From Hypanus sabinus (taxonomy: Eukaryota): a DNA stretch of 64,000 nucleotides. Where the stretch lies: contig NC_082714.1 in the NCBI RefSeq assembly GCF_030144855.1, forward strand, positions 124,310,001 to 124,374,000, read 5' to 3'. Shown piece by piece: positions 25,591 to 38,510 of this stretch; position 1 is the stretch's first letter, and each line of letters starts with the position of its first letter. A program made the translations under genes and the position numbers. Under the pieces are notes generated by a model that made no database searches, was not told the origin of the DNA, and worked only from the letters and a program-made list of their open reading frames with translations.

Positions 25591-26240
25591 TCACCTGGCC
25601 TGTTTCTAATAGCTCTCTCCCTTTTCTCAATTTCTCTGTCTCCATCTCTGGAGACAAACTACTTGCCGATATCTTTTATAAACCTCCTGATTCCTGCAGC
25701 TCTCTTGACTAATTGCTCTTCCCACTCTGAGTCATGTAAAATCCATTTCCTTTTCACAGTGGTTTTGTCTCCAACCAGGATGATGCTTTCCTTTCCAAGG
25801 AGTCACAGATGTCTCCCTTCTTCAAAGAATGGGGTTTCCCTTCCTCCACCATTATTGCTGCCTTCACCTGCATCTAATCCATTTCCCAGACATCTGTGCT
25901 TACCCTAACTTCCCCCCACCTTGCGAGGTATAGTATTCCTCTTGTCTTCACCTACCTCACATGAACCTCCACATCCAAAACATCATTCTTCACAATTTCC
26001 ACCATCTTCAATGGGACCCAACCACTAAATACATCTTTACCTCCCACTCTTCATTTTCTGCCAGAATCGCTCTTTCCACGATTCCATTTTCCATTTGTCT
26101 CTCCCCACTAATCTCCCTGTCTCCCTCCTGGCACTTATCCCTGCAAGTGGAAGAAGTGCGACATCTGCCCATTCACCTCCTCCCTCACTTCCAATTAGGG
26201 CCCCAAACAGTCCTTCCAGGTGAGGCAACACTTCACCTAT
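25591..26240 (+). mobile_element. Penelope-like element (Neptune-type) internal fragment
   Basis: Reverse-complement homologue of 58840-59490 (CTCTGTCTCCATCTCTGGAGACAAACT; GAATGGGGTTTCCCTTC; TCCTTCCAGGTGAGG). Confidence 0.8.
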
Positions 26241-26244
26241 AACA

Positions 26245-27115
26245 TTCTGTAGCTCTGTAGTGGCCCCTCTATAACAGATGGTGATGCAACCAGCTTGAAT
26301 GGTTTCCTTGAATGATACTTCTATAGAAATTTGTGAGTGTCTTTGATTATATGCCAAGTCTCCTCAAAGTCCTAATGAAATATAGCTACTGCCATGCCTC
26401 CTTTGGAATTGCATCAGTATGTTGGGCTCAGGATTGATCTGCAGAGATGTTGACTCCCTAGAACTTGAAAGTGCTCACCTTTTCCACTGCTGATCCCTCG
26501 ATGAGGACTGGTGTGTGTTCCTTCGACTTCCCCTTCCTGAAGCCCACTATCAATCCCTTTGTCTTACTGACATTGAATGCAAGGTTGTTGCTGCACGGCC
26601 TCTCAAGCAGCTGATCTATCTTGCTCTTGTCTGCCTCCTCATTACCATATCAAAATCTGTCAAGCAATAGTTGTGTCATCATCAGATTTATAGATAGTGT
26701 TTGAGCTGACCAGGGTGCAGTGGGCTAAGTGTGATTCCTTGAGGGCTAATGTTGACTGTCAGCGAGGAGGAGATGTTAATTCCGATCTGTGGTATTCTGC
26801 TGAGTAAGTCAAAGATCCAGCTGCAGAGGGAGGTACAGAAGCCCAGGTTTTCGAGCTTGTTGATTAGAACTGAGGGTATGATTGTGTTGAAAGCTGAGTT
26901 GTGGTCAATAATCAACAGCCTGATGTAAGTATTACTATTGTCCAGATGGTCCAAGGCAGAGTGGAGAGCTATTGAAGCTGTGTCTGCTGTAGACCTATTG
27001 TAACGATAGGCAAATTGCAGTGGGTCCAGGTCCTTCCTTAGGTAATAGTTGATCCTAGCCATGACTAACCTCTCAGAACACTTCAACGCAGTACACGTGA
27101 ATGCCACAGGGTGAT
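26245..27115 (-). mobile_element. Rex1/Babar RT fragment
   Basis: LKCSERLVMARIN..LDPLQFAYRYNRSTADTASIALHSALDHLD..YIRLLIIDHNSAFNTIIPS. Confidence 0.88.
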
Positions 27116-29269
27116 AGATTACGATTTGTAGCTTTGGAACACCTCCGTAGTAAGAGATGCTGTTTATAATATTTTTCAGTAACTGCCAAAACAGCATAGT
27201 TTCCTGTTCTGTTAAAAACCAAGTAAAGTATTTCCCCAAATAATGTTTTATGTTGATGACAATATCCCTATAATATTGCAGGTAGAGTAAATTAAAGGCA
27301 CTACACAGATGTAAAACATGATAACATCTGTGACACATTTTGTGGTAAATTACTTTTATAGCTCTAATATTTATTAATACCATTCACTAAAGCTACCACT
27401 TGAGTTCTTTGCTGCTTAGAAACAGTACTGTGAGGGAAACTTAGTGACCTAGAAACCTTCCATACTTTTACCAATGGATATAAGTAGTTGCAGCTAGAAG
27501 TTCATTTATTATTGCAAAAGATAAAACTTACGTTCGCTTAAAAGTTATCAAAGAATAATTTTCATTTGCTTTCATTATTAAGGAAGCAAATTCAATATTT
27601 TGGACAATATTGCATGAATGAATACTGTTCCCATTTTCTGCTCTGCAATATCCCACTAGGGAACTGTTTCTGGTAGCGTTGGGCACAGGAGAAAAGCTGG
27701 CAGGAGAGGTTCGCACCATGGTACGTACAAGTGACATCAGAGTCCAACTGCTTGGATTACTGATAGGAAAGCAAGAAACCTAAGGAAGTGAGCAAGTTTC
27801 TTATAAACACTGACTCAGTTATTGCTCCACTGAGCTCCTACAGTGTTGTGATATTTAAATGTCAAAACTCTTTCCCAGCTCCTGGCTGCTGCTGTAAGGT
27901 TTAGACTGTAACACTGTATTTAAAAGAAACATCTCTCCCTCTCTTTACTAAAAACTTAAATGTTTACTCAACCCACTCCTTCTCAGAGACATCAGTATAC
28001 TATCCATCAAATTCTGGGCAATGAATTGCCGTCTGAACTAATCACTAGGCTAACTGTGTTCAGTTCTGAGCAATTTGGATTTATAATATTTTACCATTAT
28101 ACCTTCGTCAATTTTGCTGCGTAGGATCCACAAATCACAGGGTGATCATTTTCACAACTGATACTACTGGCATACCTGGAGCTTTCAAAAATACTTTAGA
28201 GCAGTTTAAAATTGATTGAAAACTATCAGGATATCAGACTCTGGTGCTAAAGCACCTCTTTAAACTATTTCAAATAAATACATTTGAAATGCTGATTTTG
28301 TGTTTCCATTCTGATATGCTTAACCCTTCTAATCAAAAGTTAATTGTTTTATGTGGGTTGCGAGGAGGTGGGAGAGTTGGGGTGGAGGGGTGGGGGAGGG
28401 AGAATGTGTCGAGCCAGAGCAATCCATAGCCTGTTCTCCACCTGTTGTTATTCTGGTCTGGCCCAATCAACCTGCTAGCCAGACTGGAGCCAGCGACCAT
28501 CTGGAATAACTGCACTGTTTATAAAATTGACATGGAGTGGCACCCCAGGGCCCTGACCTCCCACACAAATCTGGAAATGATTAAAATGAGCTGGCTACCT
28601 AGTCACTGAGAACTCCATGCTGAGAAATACCCACTGAGGAGATTTGGAGTTTCTTGTTAGTCTTGTTGTAAATTAAATACCTCTGATTTGTTGAATGACT
28701 CAGTCCTTCTGGGAAATGTTATCTTTTTATTGGAGTGGTGTTCCTGACGTTTATTTCCATTTTCTTTTAAATTTGCTAACTGTGTCTGTGCATTTTCTTT
28801 TCCCAGGATCTCTTCCAGCAACTATTTCAACAATAATTCTAGTATCACAAACTTAATTTTTGCACATATTCCCTAAGGCACTGTAAAGGCTAACTCTTGC
28901 AGAGATCCATAGGAGTCAGTCAGACTTGGGCTTGACTGCTCAGAAGTTTATCAAATTTAGGAAATTGTATATTCCTTGTGCGGTGGTTTAATCTTTTCCT
29001 CACACTTCAGGAGTCACTGGCACAGCTGGCATCTCATAGATTTTTCCACCATTTTATATATATGTTACAAAGACAAAATGGCAGATTTGAGGTGATGAAG
29101 GTGGAGATAAAATGTAGTAAAGCTCCAAATAAAGAAAATGATTAGATTATTCAGTGACCTCCGAATATTTCCCATATTTAAAGTTCTCTGTCATCATCAC
29201 AGAGCTTTCATTTATATTTTAAAAGAGATTGTTATTATACGGTGTACCTCAGTGATAAAGGAAAATGTT

Positions 29270-29600
29270 CTCTCTTTCTTACCTTTTTATCCACTTGTCC
29301 ATCATCTTTAAGGATTTGAAAACATATTCATCCTTCTGTTACTCCTCAATTTCTTCTTATTAATGTGTATTCTGTTATCACCTTCCCACTTTCAAAATGC
29401 ATTACCTCACACTTCTCGTGGTTAAATTCCATTAACAAGTTTCCGTCCTAACTGAACAGACCACTTACATCCTCCTGAAGTTAAACATTTTCCTCCTCCT
29501 GGCCCAGCACATGGCCAACATGTGTGGCATCTACAAACTTATTTATCATGTTGATTACACTGGGTACTGAATCAATAATACATATGCAACCTCTTTTTAC
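29270..29600 (-). mobile_element. Ancient CR1 RT fragment
   Basis: TTCAAAATGCATTACCTCACACTTCTCGTGGTTAAATTCCAT (MEFNxEKCEVMHF-like) and GGCATCTACAAACTT (KFxD-like). Confidence 0.55.
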
Positions 29601-29614
29601 AGGCCTTCTCTAGA

Positions 29615-30344
29615 AACATGACTGGTTAGCCCCTTGCTAACAAACCAATGGACTCAGCGGTGAGAAATCCACCTTCCTCAAATTCCGTATGTCTAGGGTT
29701 GATATGACTCGTGTCCCAGCAGACCGGGAGAGCCGGAATTTTGCAGCCACCCGCACCCCAGTCTGAGCGAATACTGTGCACATGCTGCCCACTTGCTATT
29801 ACCTGTTGGCAAGAAATAACAGATTATTCACAGTACACAATTATAAGATAGGTGTATTTATGAACGTCACTTAATCAAACAGAAGAAAGGAAAAAAAATG
29901 AAAAAAATAAAAGGGCCCCTTGTAATTAAAACAGACATATGTGCGCAAAGGTGGAGGTCAGGTCTTCCAAAAGCTGGAGGTGTCCATGTACTGATGACGC
30001 CAACTCCTATTCACTGGTCACCAATAGAACTTTACATCACAGACTCTATCGAATCGTGTATTCTGGTTGTATTGAATCCCACCGCTGGTTCTCTAGATCT
30101 TCTTCTCTCTCCATCTCCCCCCTGAAAAGGACGTTGCCCCTTTAATGTGTATCACACTCAGCTTTCTCTAGAACCCAATCCCACCTTCCTGATTAGCTGA
30201 ACCAATACTCCTAAACTGAACAGCACAACCCCTTATCTTTAATGGTAACCCAAACACTACCATCAAAACACTCTACTTCTACTGAGAACTATTAAATAAA
30301 ATATCCTACAGCATTTGCAGTAAAATCTTAACCAGGGCATTACA
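29615..30344. mobile_element. Possible solo LTR
   Basis: ~730-bp non-coding block with more CpG than its flanks. It ends CTTAACCAGGGCATTACA and has partial inverted similarity at the left end (CATGACTGGTTAG). No TSD was resolved. Confidence 0.35.
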
Positions 30345-30622
30345 AAAGGATGGAGAGCAAAGATGCAATTTTGTGAACTGCAATGGAGGCAGGCTTCTAG
30401 TCATATGCCTGTCAATCATTTCCCTGTGCTACTTAGGGCTGAGTCACTTTTACAGATTTCCACAGCCACAGAGTCTATACATCTTCACAGTCTTGATCAG
30501 CTTGCCATGCAAGAACTTAGTCAAAAACCTTGCGAAAACCCATGTAGACTGCATCAGATGCACCGCTTTCAGCTACCCTCCTTTTTACTTCCACAAACAA
30601 TTCAGCCAAATTAGTTAAGTAC

Positions 30623-30845
30623 AAAGTTCAAAGTAAATTTTATTATCAAAGTGCATATGTCACTATATACAACCCTGAGATTCATTGTCCTGTGATCATA
30701 CTCAGATAATTCATAGAATAGTTACTATAACAGGATCAATGAAAGATCAATCTGAGTGCAGAAGACAACAAACTGTGCAAATGCAAATATAAATAAATAG
30801 CAATAAATAATGAAAACATGAGATAATAAGATGAAGAGTCCTTAA
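30623..30845 (-). mobile_element. Rex1 3' UTR fragment, inside an ancient CR1 remnant (~30540-31150)
   Basis: AAAGTTCAAAGTAAATTTTATTATCAAAGT...AACCCTGAGATTC...GCAAATGCAAATATAAATAAATAGCAAT is near-identical to 314-510. Confidence 0.8.
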
Positions 30846-31736
30846 TGTATGACCTCTCTTCAATAAATCCACGATGACTGTCTCTCATTAATCTTTGCCC
30901 TTCTGCATGAACAGTGTTGTTCAGAATCAGTTTCCTGGTTTTCCAATGACTGATGCTGAACTGTCTGGCTGTAATTATTTGTTTTATCCCTTCCTCTTTT
31001 GAACAATGGTTTGTGTCAACAGTTCTCTGCTTCTCCAGAGCCATTCCTGTAGCTCGGAAAGATGGGAAAATGAAGGTCAGAGCTTCCGCAATTTTCTCAC
31101 TTGTTACTTTTAGCACTTAGTTTCATCTGGGCCTGGAGGTTTGTTTGCTTGCCATTTATTAAAAAACTAGGTTTATAAGATTTAGGTCAACTATGTCATT
31201 AATTCCTGCTGAGACACCACTTGGAAAGTGATTCCATGTCTTTCCCAGGTTCAGCAGTGTTCCGTTCCTGTGAGCTGTTCATAACCTGAACAATGTGCAA
31301 GTGGAAAATGCAGCCACAAACTGAGTTCCCAGGTGGCAGAAGACGCCTGTAGCCCTGCAGCAGCTGACAAACCCAGACTGCTGGTCTCCCGAACACTTGC
31401 TCATATATATGGCTATACACAACTTTTGCGTTCATAAGCTAAGGAGGACCTGTACTATGGTACCTCTTATTTCCCTAGTTGCTGTGCAGTTACTGAAGTA
31501 ATTTGGAAGAATGTTTACTGTTGTAATTTAGGTATAGAAACAGTCTATTTATACACATCAAAGTCCGATAAATAGCCGCATAATAATGATCAAACTACTC
31601 GGCTTGAATGATCATGTTGTCTGGTGAATCAACAAAGTGAAAGAAGCACAGGAGAAATTTTGAACGAATATCTGGGTATCTGTGCAACACTCCTGTATTA
31701 TACTGGAGTTCTCATATAAATAGAACAAAGAAGTTA

Positions 31737-32160
31737 AACCATTGAACAGTACAGCATAGTCCAGTCTCTTTGGCCCACAATGTTGTGCCACCTCTTTAAC
31801 CTTCTCCAAGATCAATCTACCCCTTCCCTCCCACATAGCCCTCCATTTTGTTTTTCATCCATGTGTCTATCTAATTGTCTCTTAAATGTCCCTGGCAGTG
31901 TGTTCCATACACCTATCACTCTCTGTATAAAAAGACCCTACCTCTGACATCCCCCTATACTGCCCTTCAATCATCTTAAAATTATGCCTGCTGGTATTAA
32001 TCATTTTCACCCTGGGAAAATGTCACTGGCTGTCCACTTCAGCTATGCTTTTTACCATTTTATACACCTCTATCAAGTTGTCTCTCATCCTCCTTCATTG
32101 CAAGGAAACAAAAGCCCTAGTTCACTTAACCTATCCTCATAGACATGCTCTTTAATCTAA
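31737..32160 (-). mobile_element. CR1 3' end
   Basis: TTTGGCCCACAATGTTGTGCC 3' UTR, followed by C-terminal coding remnants (TTTTATACACCTCTATCAAG..CTCATCCTCC). Confidence 0.75.
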
Positions 32161-33819
32161 ATTATGTATGTATTGTACAGATGTGTGTGTGTGCATTTCT
32201 AGAAAAACGTAGAATAAAATATTTGTGCTCATGTTTTGGAATGAGACTTGAATCCACAAATTTCTGACTAAAATATAAGATTGCCACTGGCTGACACATG
32301 AATTATATGTTGCAGATGAAAAGAAAATGGCCTACTGCTTAATTGTATTTTGATCCAATCCACACATTGAGGTAAACCAAATGTGCAATCTTGGTGCTAT
32401 CGATGACCAGATTTGCACTTGAACAGTTTATGAACAGTGTTGAAGTTACTTATTCATCCACCTCTTACATGCTTAAGATGTGCAGAAAGTAGTCACTGCA
32501 ATTCTAGTTAAATTTAACAAAAAGGCTTTTGTTATAAGATATTTGAGTTTTGCATTTTGGGACTTAGAAGAATTATCTTGGTGGAATCTGAAAACGAATC
32601 AATGACTGACCTAATGCATTTTGCCAGGATAAATTTTCTATCTACGCCTAATGCAGCTTTCTCATGCTGTGAGCTAAGGGAGACTGCCAAGTCCAGATTT
32701 TGACATCTTGAAACATTAAACATTTATCTGCAACTACCATAGAATCTTCAATGTACTACACAGTCCAAGAAAATGCATAGGCTCAGCACATTTCTTAGGA
32801 CATTTTTTCCATATGCCTCAATGTGAGGTGACACATATCAGAACATATGACAGAGATTCTATAACCCTGCCTGCACATGATACTACTGTAACATCAACTT
32901 TAACGTTTCTCTGCTCCAATATTATAAGCCACTATTAAATGAAATGCAAATTGACTTTTGAGAGGATAGAGTTAGCTTCTTGCTGTGCCTGCACTGAATT
33001 CACTGGAACCAATTCATAGAAGTGGGGTTACATTCACACGTTACTACGCTGCAGGTTCAGCAGACACCTCAGGGGCAAATGTCCTTATGTGGAAGATAAA
33101 CAATTCACACTCTGATAGTGGTGTGGATGGTGGGATTCTTTAATTGGGAAATAAGGAAGGAGACATCTAAGATTGTTGGCTGAAATGAAAAGATTATTTA
33201 GAAATGGAACAGGATTGAATGAAAACTGATGTAATTATACCACTTATGTTAAATTTAAAGAAACAGAATGCTGGTAGAAACTTAGCCACAGAAACAAGAT
33301 TCTTAGGCTAAATTGGATGGCCACCAAAAATGGGTGCGGTGATCATGATTTCCCTACACTTGTTCATTGTGATATAGAAAACCTGCCGATTTAATAACAC
33401 CTGCATATTAATATAATTTCTCTCTACAGTTAAAGCTAACAGTGAGTAGGGTGGAGGGAATATTGTGAGTGAAATGTTAGCCTCTACTGATTAAAACACC
33501 TTTTAAAGGGGATTGCGCTGTGGCAGGGGAATCTACTTGGGAGGTGACGAAGAGAGACAATGTACAGGAGTGATGGGTGTCCAAGTGCAGACAGTAGCTG
33601 ATACAGCTCACTTTATCCTAGTCATGCCATTTGGAACCACCTTGGACTTGTCTCTGTTTATGTTTAGTTTTGCACTAATGTCTTATTTTGCACTCTTTTT
33701 TCAATGTCTTGTATAATTTATACTTAAGTTACTTCCTGACTGTTGTCTGAATGTACATATCCATGACATTGATATAAGCAAGTTTTTCATTGTATCTTAT
33801 CTCATTGTAATGGACAGCA

Positions 33820-34360
33820 ATCAACGATCAACTTTATTCACCGTTTACAGTACATTTACATGTATTAGGAATTTGCTATGGTGTGTTGGTCAGGGTGTGT
33901 CATGCAACAAAAAACAACAGCATTCTACAATTACTGTATAAAGAGTAAAGAATTATATATAAATAAAAAAGATAATAAAGCTAACAAACGGATGTGGAAT
34001 AAAATGTGGAATAAGTAAATAATGTGCATGTATTGATAAAGTAAACAAGATTATGAAAAGTGATTTAAAGTGTCTACAGTGTGGTGCAGTGATGGGGATA
34101 ATAGATAAAGGGGGTGGGGTGCTAACTAGAATGGTTGATGAGATTAACTGCCTGGGAAAAAGTCTTTTAAAATGGTGGGAAGTCTTTGCTTTAAAAGCCC
34201 TTTAGCTTTTTCCAGAAGGGAGCTTTTGGAAAAGACAGCTTGCAGGGTGGTAGTGTCCCCACTGATTTTGTTTTCCATTTCTTTGTCCGGGCCATATACA
34301 GGTCTGCAGTCAATGGACTTTTCTGTTGACCTGCCAGTTTGTTGTGGCTTTTGTATATTG
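33820..34360 (-). mobile_element. Rex1/Babar 3' end
   Basis: The minus strand gives an HP..FQKLPSGK...DFFP-like C-terminus (CCAGAAGGGAGCTTTTGGAAAAGACAGCTTGCAGGGTG), followed by an AT-rich 3' UTR. Confidence 0.7.
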
Positions 34361-34399
34361 TGAGAGGATACAGCAACCAGGCAGCGCTGTGTATATGAC

Positions 34400-35350
34400 A
34401 ATAGATGCAACCTGACAGGTATTCGGTGCTGCAATGGAGATTTGAGAGTGTATCTGAAAGTTGGAGACATTACCTCGAGATGTGGTGGGGGAAGGGGCAA
34501 GAGTAAAACGCTGTAGAAAGTCAAAGTAGGCTTCAGTTCCAGAGCAACTGCGTACAGTGTTGGAAGAAGTTCAATGCCCTTAGGGAATAGTCAAGGTCTG
34601 TGAATACACTCTCAAATGGCATACTCGACCAAATGTACCACTAATCTCACTCAGTTATCACTTCGCCACAACCTCATATCTCATGTAAACCTATCAACAT
34701 TATCTTAATCAAACGCACTTAATGCTGCTGCAAGTCTCATACCCTCATATCACATCTTGTGCACTGCTAACAGAATTCAGTACGTTTGATTAAGATAAAG
34801 TATTCAAGATTAGGAGTGAACCTTGACTATTGGAGATTATGGGTACATGAATAGTGGGGCAGTGGCAAAGTGACCAGAGTCTGATGGCAGTGGTAGTAGA
34901 TGCCATTTGAATGTCCATTCAAAAGCCTTGACAATTCACTTGAGATTGATCAACTACATAATCCATCTCAACTAAACAAACTGCATAATGTTCATGGCTA
35001 TAATTCCCCCCTCTTCTTGAAAAGATGGCAAAAATCAGAGTCAATATAAACTGACTGGAGGGGGAGGTGCACTGCAGAATGTCTTCATCACATCATGAAG
35101 AGTTAAATTGCTGGACCTATCATCTGTAGTAAGATTGCACCAACTGAGCTATTCCTAATATCCCACACATAAATTCCTCCTCATCCTAAAAGCACCTCTT
35201 ATTTAAATGCACCAATTGGTCAAATCCTACTGGTCTTACGTCTCCTCCGCTCCTCTTCGTTGCTCTTCCTATTTAGATGCTCAAGTTGCTAGGCAGTCGA
35301 AGAAAATCACGAGGAAGCTCAGAACCAGACCCTAATGGTGTTCGGAGGTA
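34400..35350 (+). pseudogene. Probable Harbinger Myb/SANT-like gene relic with introns
   Basis: QSNCVQCWKKFNALRE at ~34537-34587 resembles the xQCRKKFNDL helix-3 motif and is followed by AG|GT. After a pyrimidine-rich spacer come EKMAK and LTGGGG at ~35019-35070. A further acceptor CTCTTCCTATTTAG lies at ~35276. Confidence 0.5.
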
Positions 35351-36184
35351 ACTGCAGGTGGGTTCTGCAAAGGTGCAACCCCAGGCAGGAGGCAAGGTTA
35401 GCACATGTGCCAACCGATTAGATGGTGAGGTTGCACATGAGGTATGCTGCAGAGGACATAGTGACCACTTTAACAGAGAAGCATGCAGAAGACACTGTTG
35501 TATAAGCAAAATGAAATTCTTGGAATACTGGAAAGACTCCTGTAAATGCCTATGATCAATGTCAAGAAGCATGGAAGAGTCCAGCACTAACTTGGCAGAG
35601 AGCTTGGAGCCTTCCCTTCCTGCATCAAAAAGTCGGCCAACTTCATTCATATGCCTGTGAACCCAAACACAATGGTATTTTTCATTTCGAGCAACACCAG
35701 CTCAGCATCGCTGTGCATATACTGTCCCAAAAGCTCAGATAACTATTATTCCAGGTCAGATTGTTGCCATTGTACAGAAGTGGGCTACAGGGATTCAGGA
35801 TCAGCTTACCAGGATGGCTGAGGTATCTGTGAAGTGAGTGTGGAAGAGACTCCATGGAGTTTATATTTGAGTCTTGTCTCAAAAAGACTACTTTGCCTTT
35901 TCCCTATTATTCTATGGACTCCTGCTAATGTAATCAGTCCAGTACTCTGCTCACCACATTGAGATTGTGTGGTCTACACATGGATTGTTTGAGTCCAAAA
36001 CTGTGTAAACTTGCTTCCAAGTGCTGACTACTAAAATACGGCAACCCTCAACCAGCTATGTTGCTTGCAATAGGGTGGGAGCACACTGGGACCTCAATAA
36101 TAAGAGGATGTACGCAGAAAACACAGTTTTGTTTTATGTGAAATATGACATGATTCCATTTTGAACCGACTTTGGAATGCTCTT

Positions 36185-36419
36185 TGTTAAGTTTTGTAAC
36201 TCCAAAAACGAATTGAAAGAAAAACACGGAGCCTGGCAAAACATGTCTACTTCATTTTACTTTAATGAGGTGCGCCTTATGATGTAGTGGTGTAATGATG
36301 TATGCTATTCATGTAGTTCTTACATATATCCCATAATGAATTATATAAACAAAGAATGCTTAATCAAATATATTTAAAATATTACTGAAATATTACTCAA
36401 ATATTTTGAGTACACTACA
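36185..36419 (-). repeat. Gypsy 3' LTR
   Basis: TGTTAAGTTTTGTAACTCCAAAA...TACACTACA. The adjacent CTCCTCC at 36420 gives a purine run GGAGGAG on the minus strand (PPT-like). Confidence 0.9.
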
Positions 36420-37012
36420 CTCCTCCATGCTTAGCTCTAAACTCCAACTCAATATAGAATGCATCTCCACTCAAATATGTAACGTGTTGCTCTTTAGTCA
36501 CCTTATATATACATTATACTATATAATACAACTACTATATGGACATCCACAGCATAGTAAATTTTAAATCGTTCCACTCAGGCCTAAAGATTTAATTCCT
36601 GTGTACGATTTCTTATTCTTGTGGGATCACATCTTTCCTGACAAGGGGTGGTGGGGGGGGGGGGGTTCTCTCTGCTTGATGGGTGAGACTTGTAACTGTG
36701 AAACAATCTCAGGTTCTGGGTCCTCCTCTGTGTTGGTTGTAGGAGTTGACTCTGGGTCCGCAGGAAGTGGGTCTAACAGCTCTGAGCACCTTTCTTCTCT
36801 AACAATTGACTCTGCTCTCCTCAACTGATCGATGTATCATCACCAGATTACATCAGGCATAGTCTCCACTGTGTAGGAGAGTGGTCCAGTTCTGTCCATA
36901 ATCTTTCCAGGTACACACACTTGATCACCTCTGTAGTTCCTCACCAGGACTGCTTGTCCAGGAGTGAAACATCTTTTCTTTCCTTCCTAATGATTCTTTT
37001 AGTTGCTCTCTG

Positions 37013-38365
37013 TTTCAACAGCAGTGCCCTCCTGCTTCAAATTATCCCCATTATCACTGTACCAAAATAGACCAAGGTAACATGCCTGAAAGACTGGTGT
37101 TCTGTCGCACTCACCTCAATAATAAGCAAATACTTTGAGAGGCTGGTCAAGGATTACATCTACAGCTTGCTACCACCCACACTGGGCCCCTTACAATTCA
37201 CCTACCGACACAACCAATTGACAGATGACACAATAGCCACAGCTCTACATACCATCCTTACACACTGGAGAAGAAAGATGCTTATGTGAGAATGCTGATT
37301 TTGGACTAGAGTTTGGCATTCAACACCATAATCCCATCCAGGCTCGACAGGAAGCTCTGAGACCTTGGCCTTGACCCTGCCTTGTGCAGCTGGATCCCGG
37401 ACTTCCTGTCAGGTTGCTGGCTCCCTCATTTCCACCCCTCTGACTCTCAACACAGGAGTCCCTCAGGGCTGTGTACTAAATCCCCTCCTTTACTCCCTGT
37501 ATACCTATGACTGTTGTCACCACCCACAGGTCTAATCTGCTAATTAAATTTGTCAATGACACTACATTGATTGGCCTTATCTCATACAATTACGAGGTGG
37601 TCTACAGGGAAGAAGTCATCTCCCTGACGTGGTGGTGTCAAGAAAACAACCTCTCCCTCAATGTCGCAAAATCAAAGGAGCTGGTTGTGGTCTACAGGAG
37701 GAATGGAGACGGACTAACCCCTATTGACATCAATGGATCTGGGGTTGAGAGGGTGAACAGCTTTAAGTTCCTCGGCATCCACATCACTGAGGACCTCTCG
37801 TGGTCTGTACACACCAGCTGTGTGTTGAAAAAGGCACAACAGCACCTCTTTCATCTTAGACGGTTGAGGAAGTTTGGTATGGGCTCCCAAATCCTAAGAA
37901 CTTTCTACAGGGGCACGATTGAGAGTATCCTGACTGGCTGAATCACTGTCTGGTAGGGGAACTTAATCACAGGGCTCAGCAGAGAGTTGTGTGGACAGCC
38001 CAGCACATCTGTAGTTGTGAGCTTCCTATGATTCAGGACATTTACAAAAAGACAGGTGTGAGAAAAGGGCCTGAAGGATCATTGGGGACCTGAGTCACCC
38101 CAACTACAATCTATTCCAGCTGCTACCATCCAGGAAACAGTACTGCAGCATAAAAGCCAAGACCAACAGGCTCTGGGACAGCTTCTTCCACCAGGCCATC
38201 AGACTGATTAACTCACGCTGATTTGAGTGTATTTCTACACTGTTCTATTTATTATAAAGTATTATAACTTACTATGATTGCACATTGCATTCGACGGAGA
38301 CGTAATGTAGAGATTTTTACTCCTCATGTATGTGAAGGATGTAAGAAATATAGTCAATTCAAATC
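37013..38365 (+). mobile_element. Rex1/Babar LINE (5'-truncated) inserted in the older CR1
   Basis: ORF 37507-37941 reads KFVNDTTLIGLI..ENNLSLNVAKSKELVV..FKFLGIHITEDLSW. Tail AAATATAGTCAATTCAAATC. Confidence 0.92.
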
Positions 38366-38510
38366 AGTTGTAGATTTTTAAAATCTTCCCAGTCCTCTAT
38401 CTTCCCCCTATTTTTTTGTTGTTGTTGTATGCCCTCTCTCTTGCTTTTACATTAACTTTGACTTCCCTTGTTAGCCATGGTTGTACTATTCTGCCATTTT
38501 GTATTTCTTT

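Noticed and set aside
26688-27383. 231-aa ORF as a possible domesticated RT gene
   Set aside because: It is a chance read-through: AT-rich flank fused to a Rex1 RT fragment that has a deletion and loses frame before the catalytic motif.
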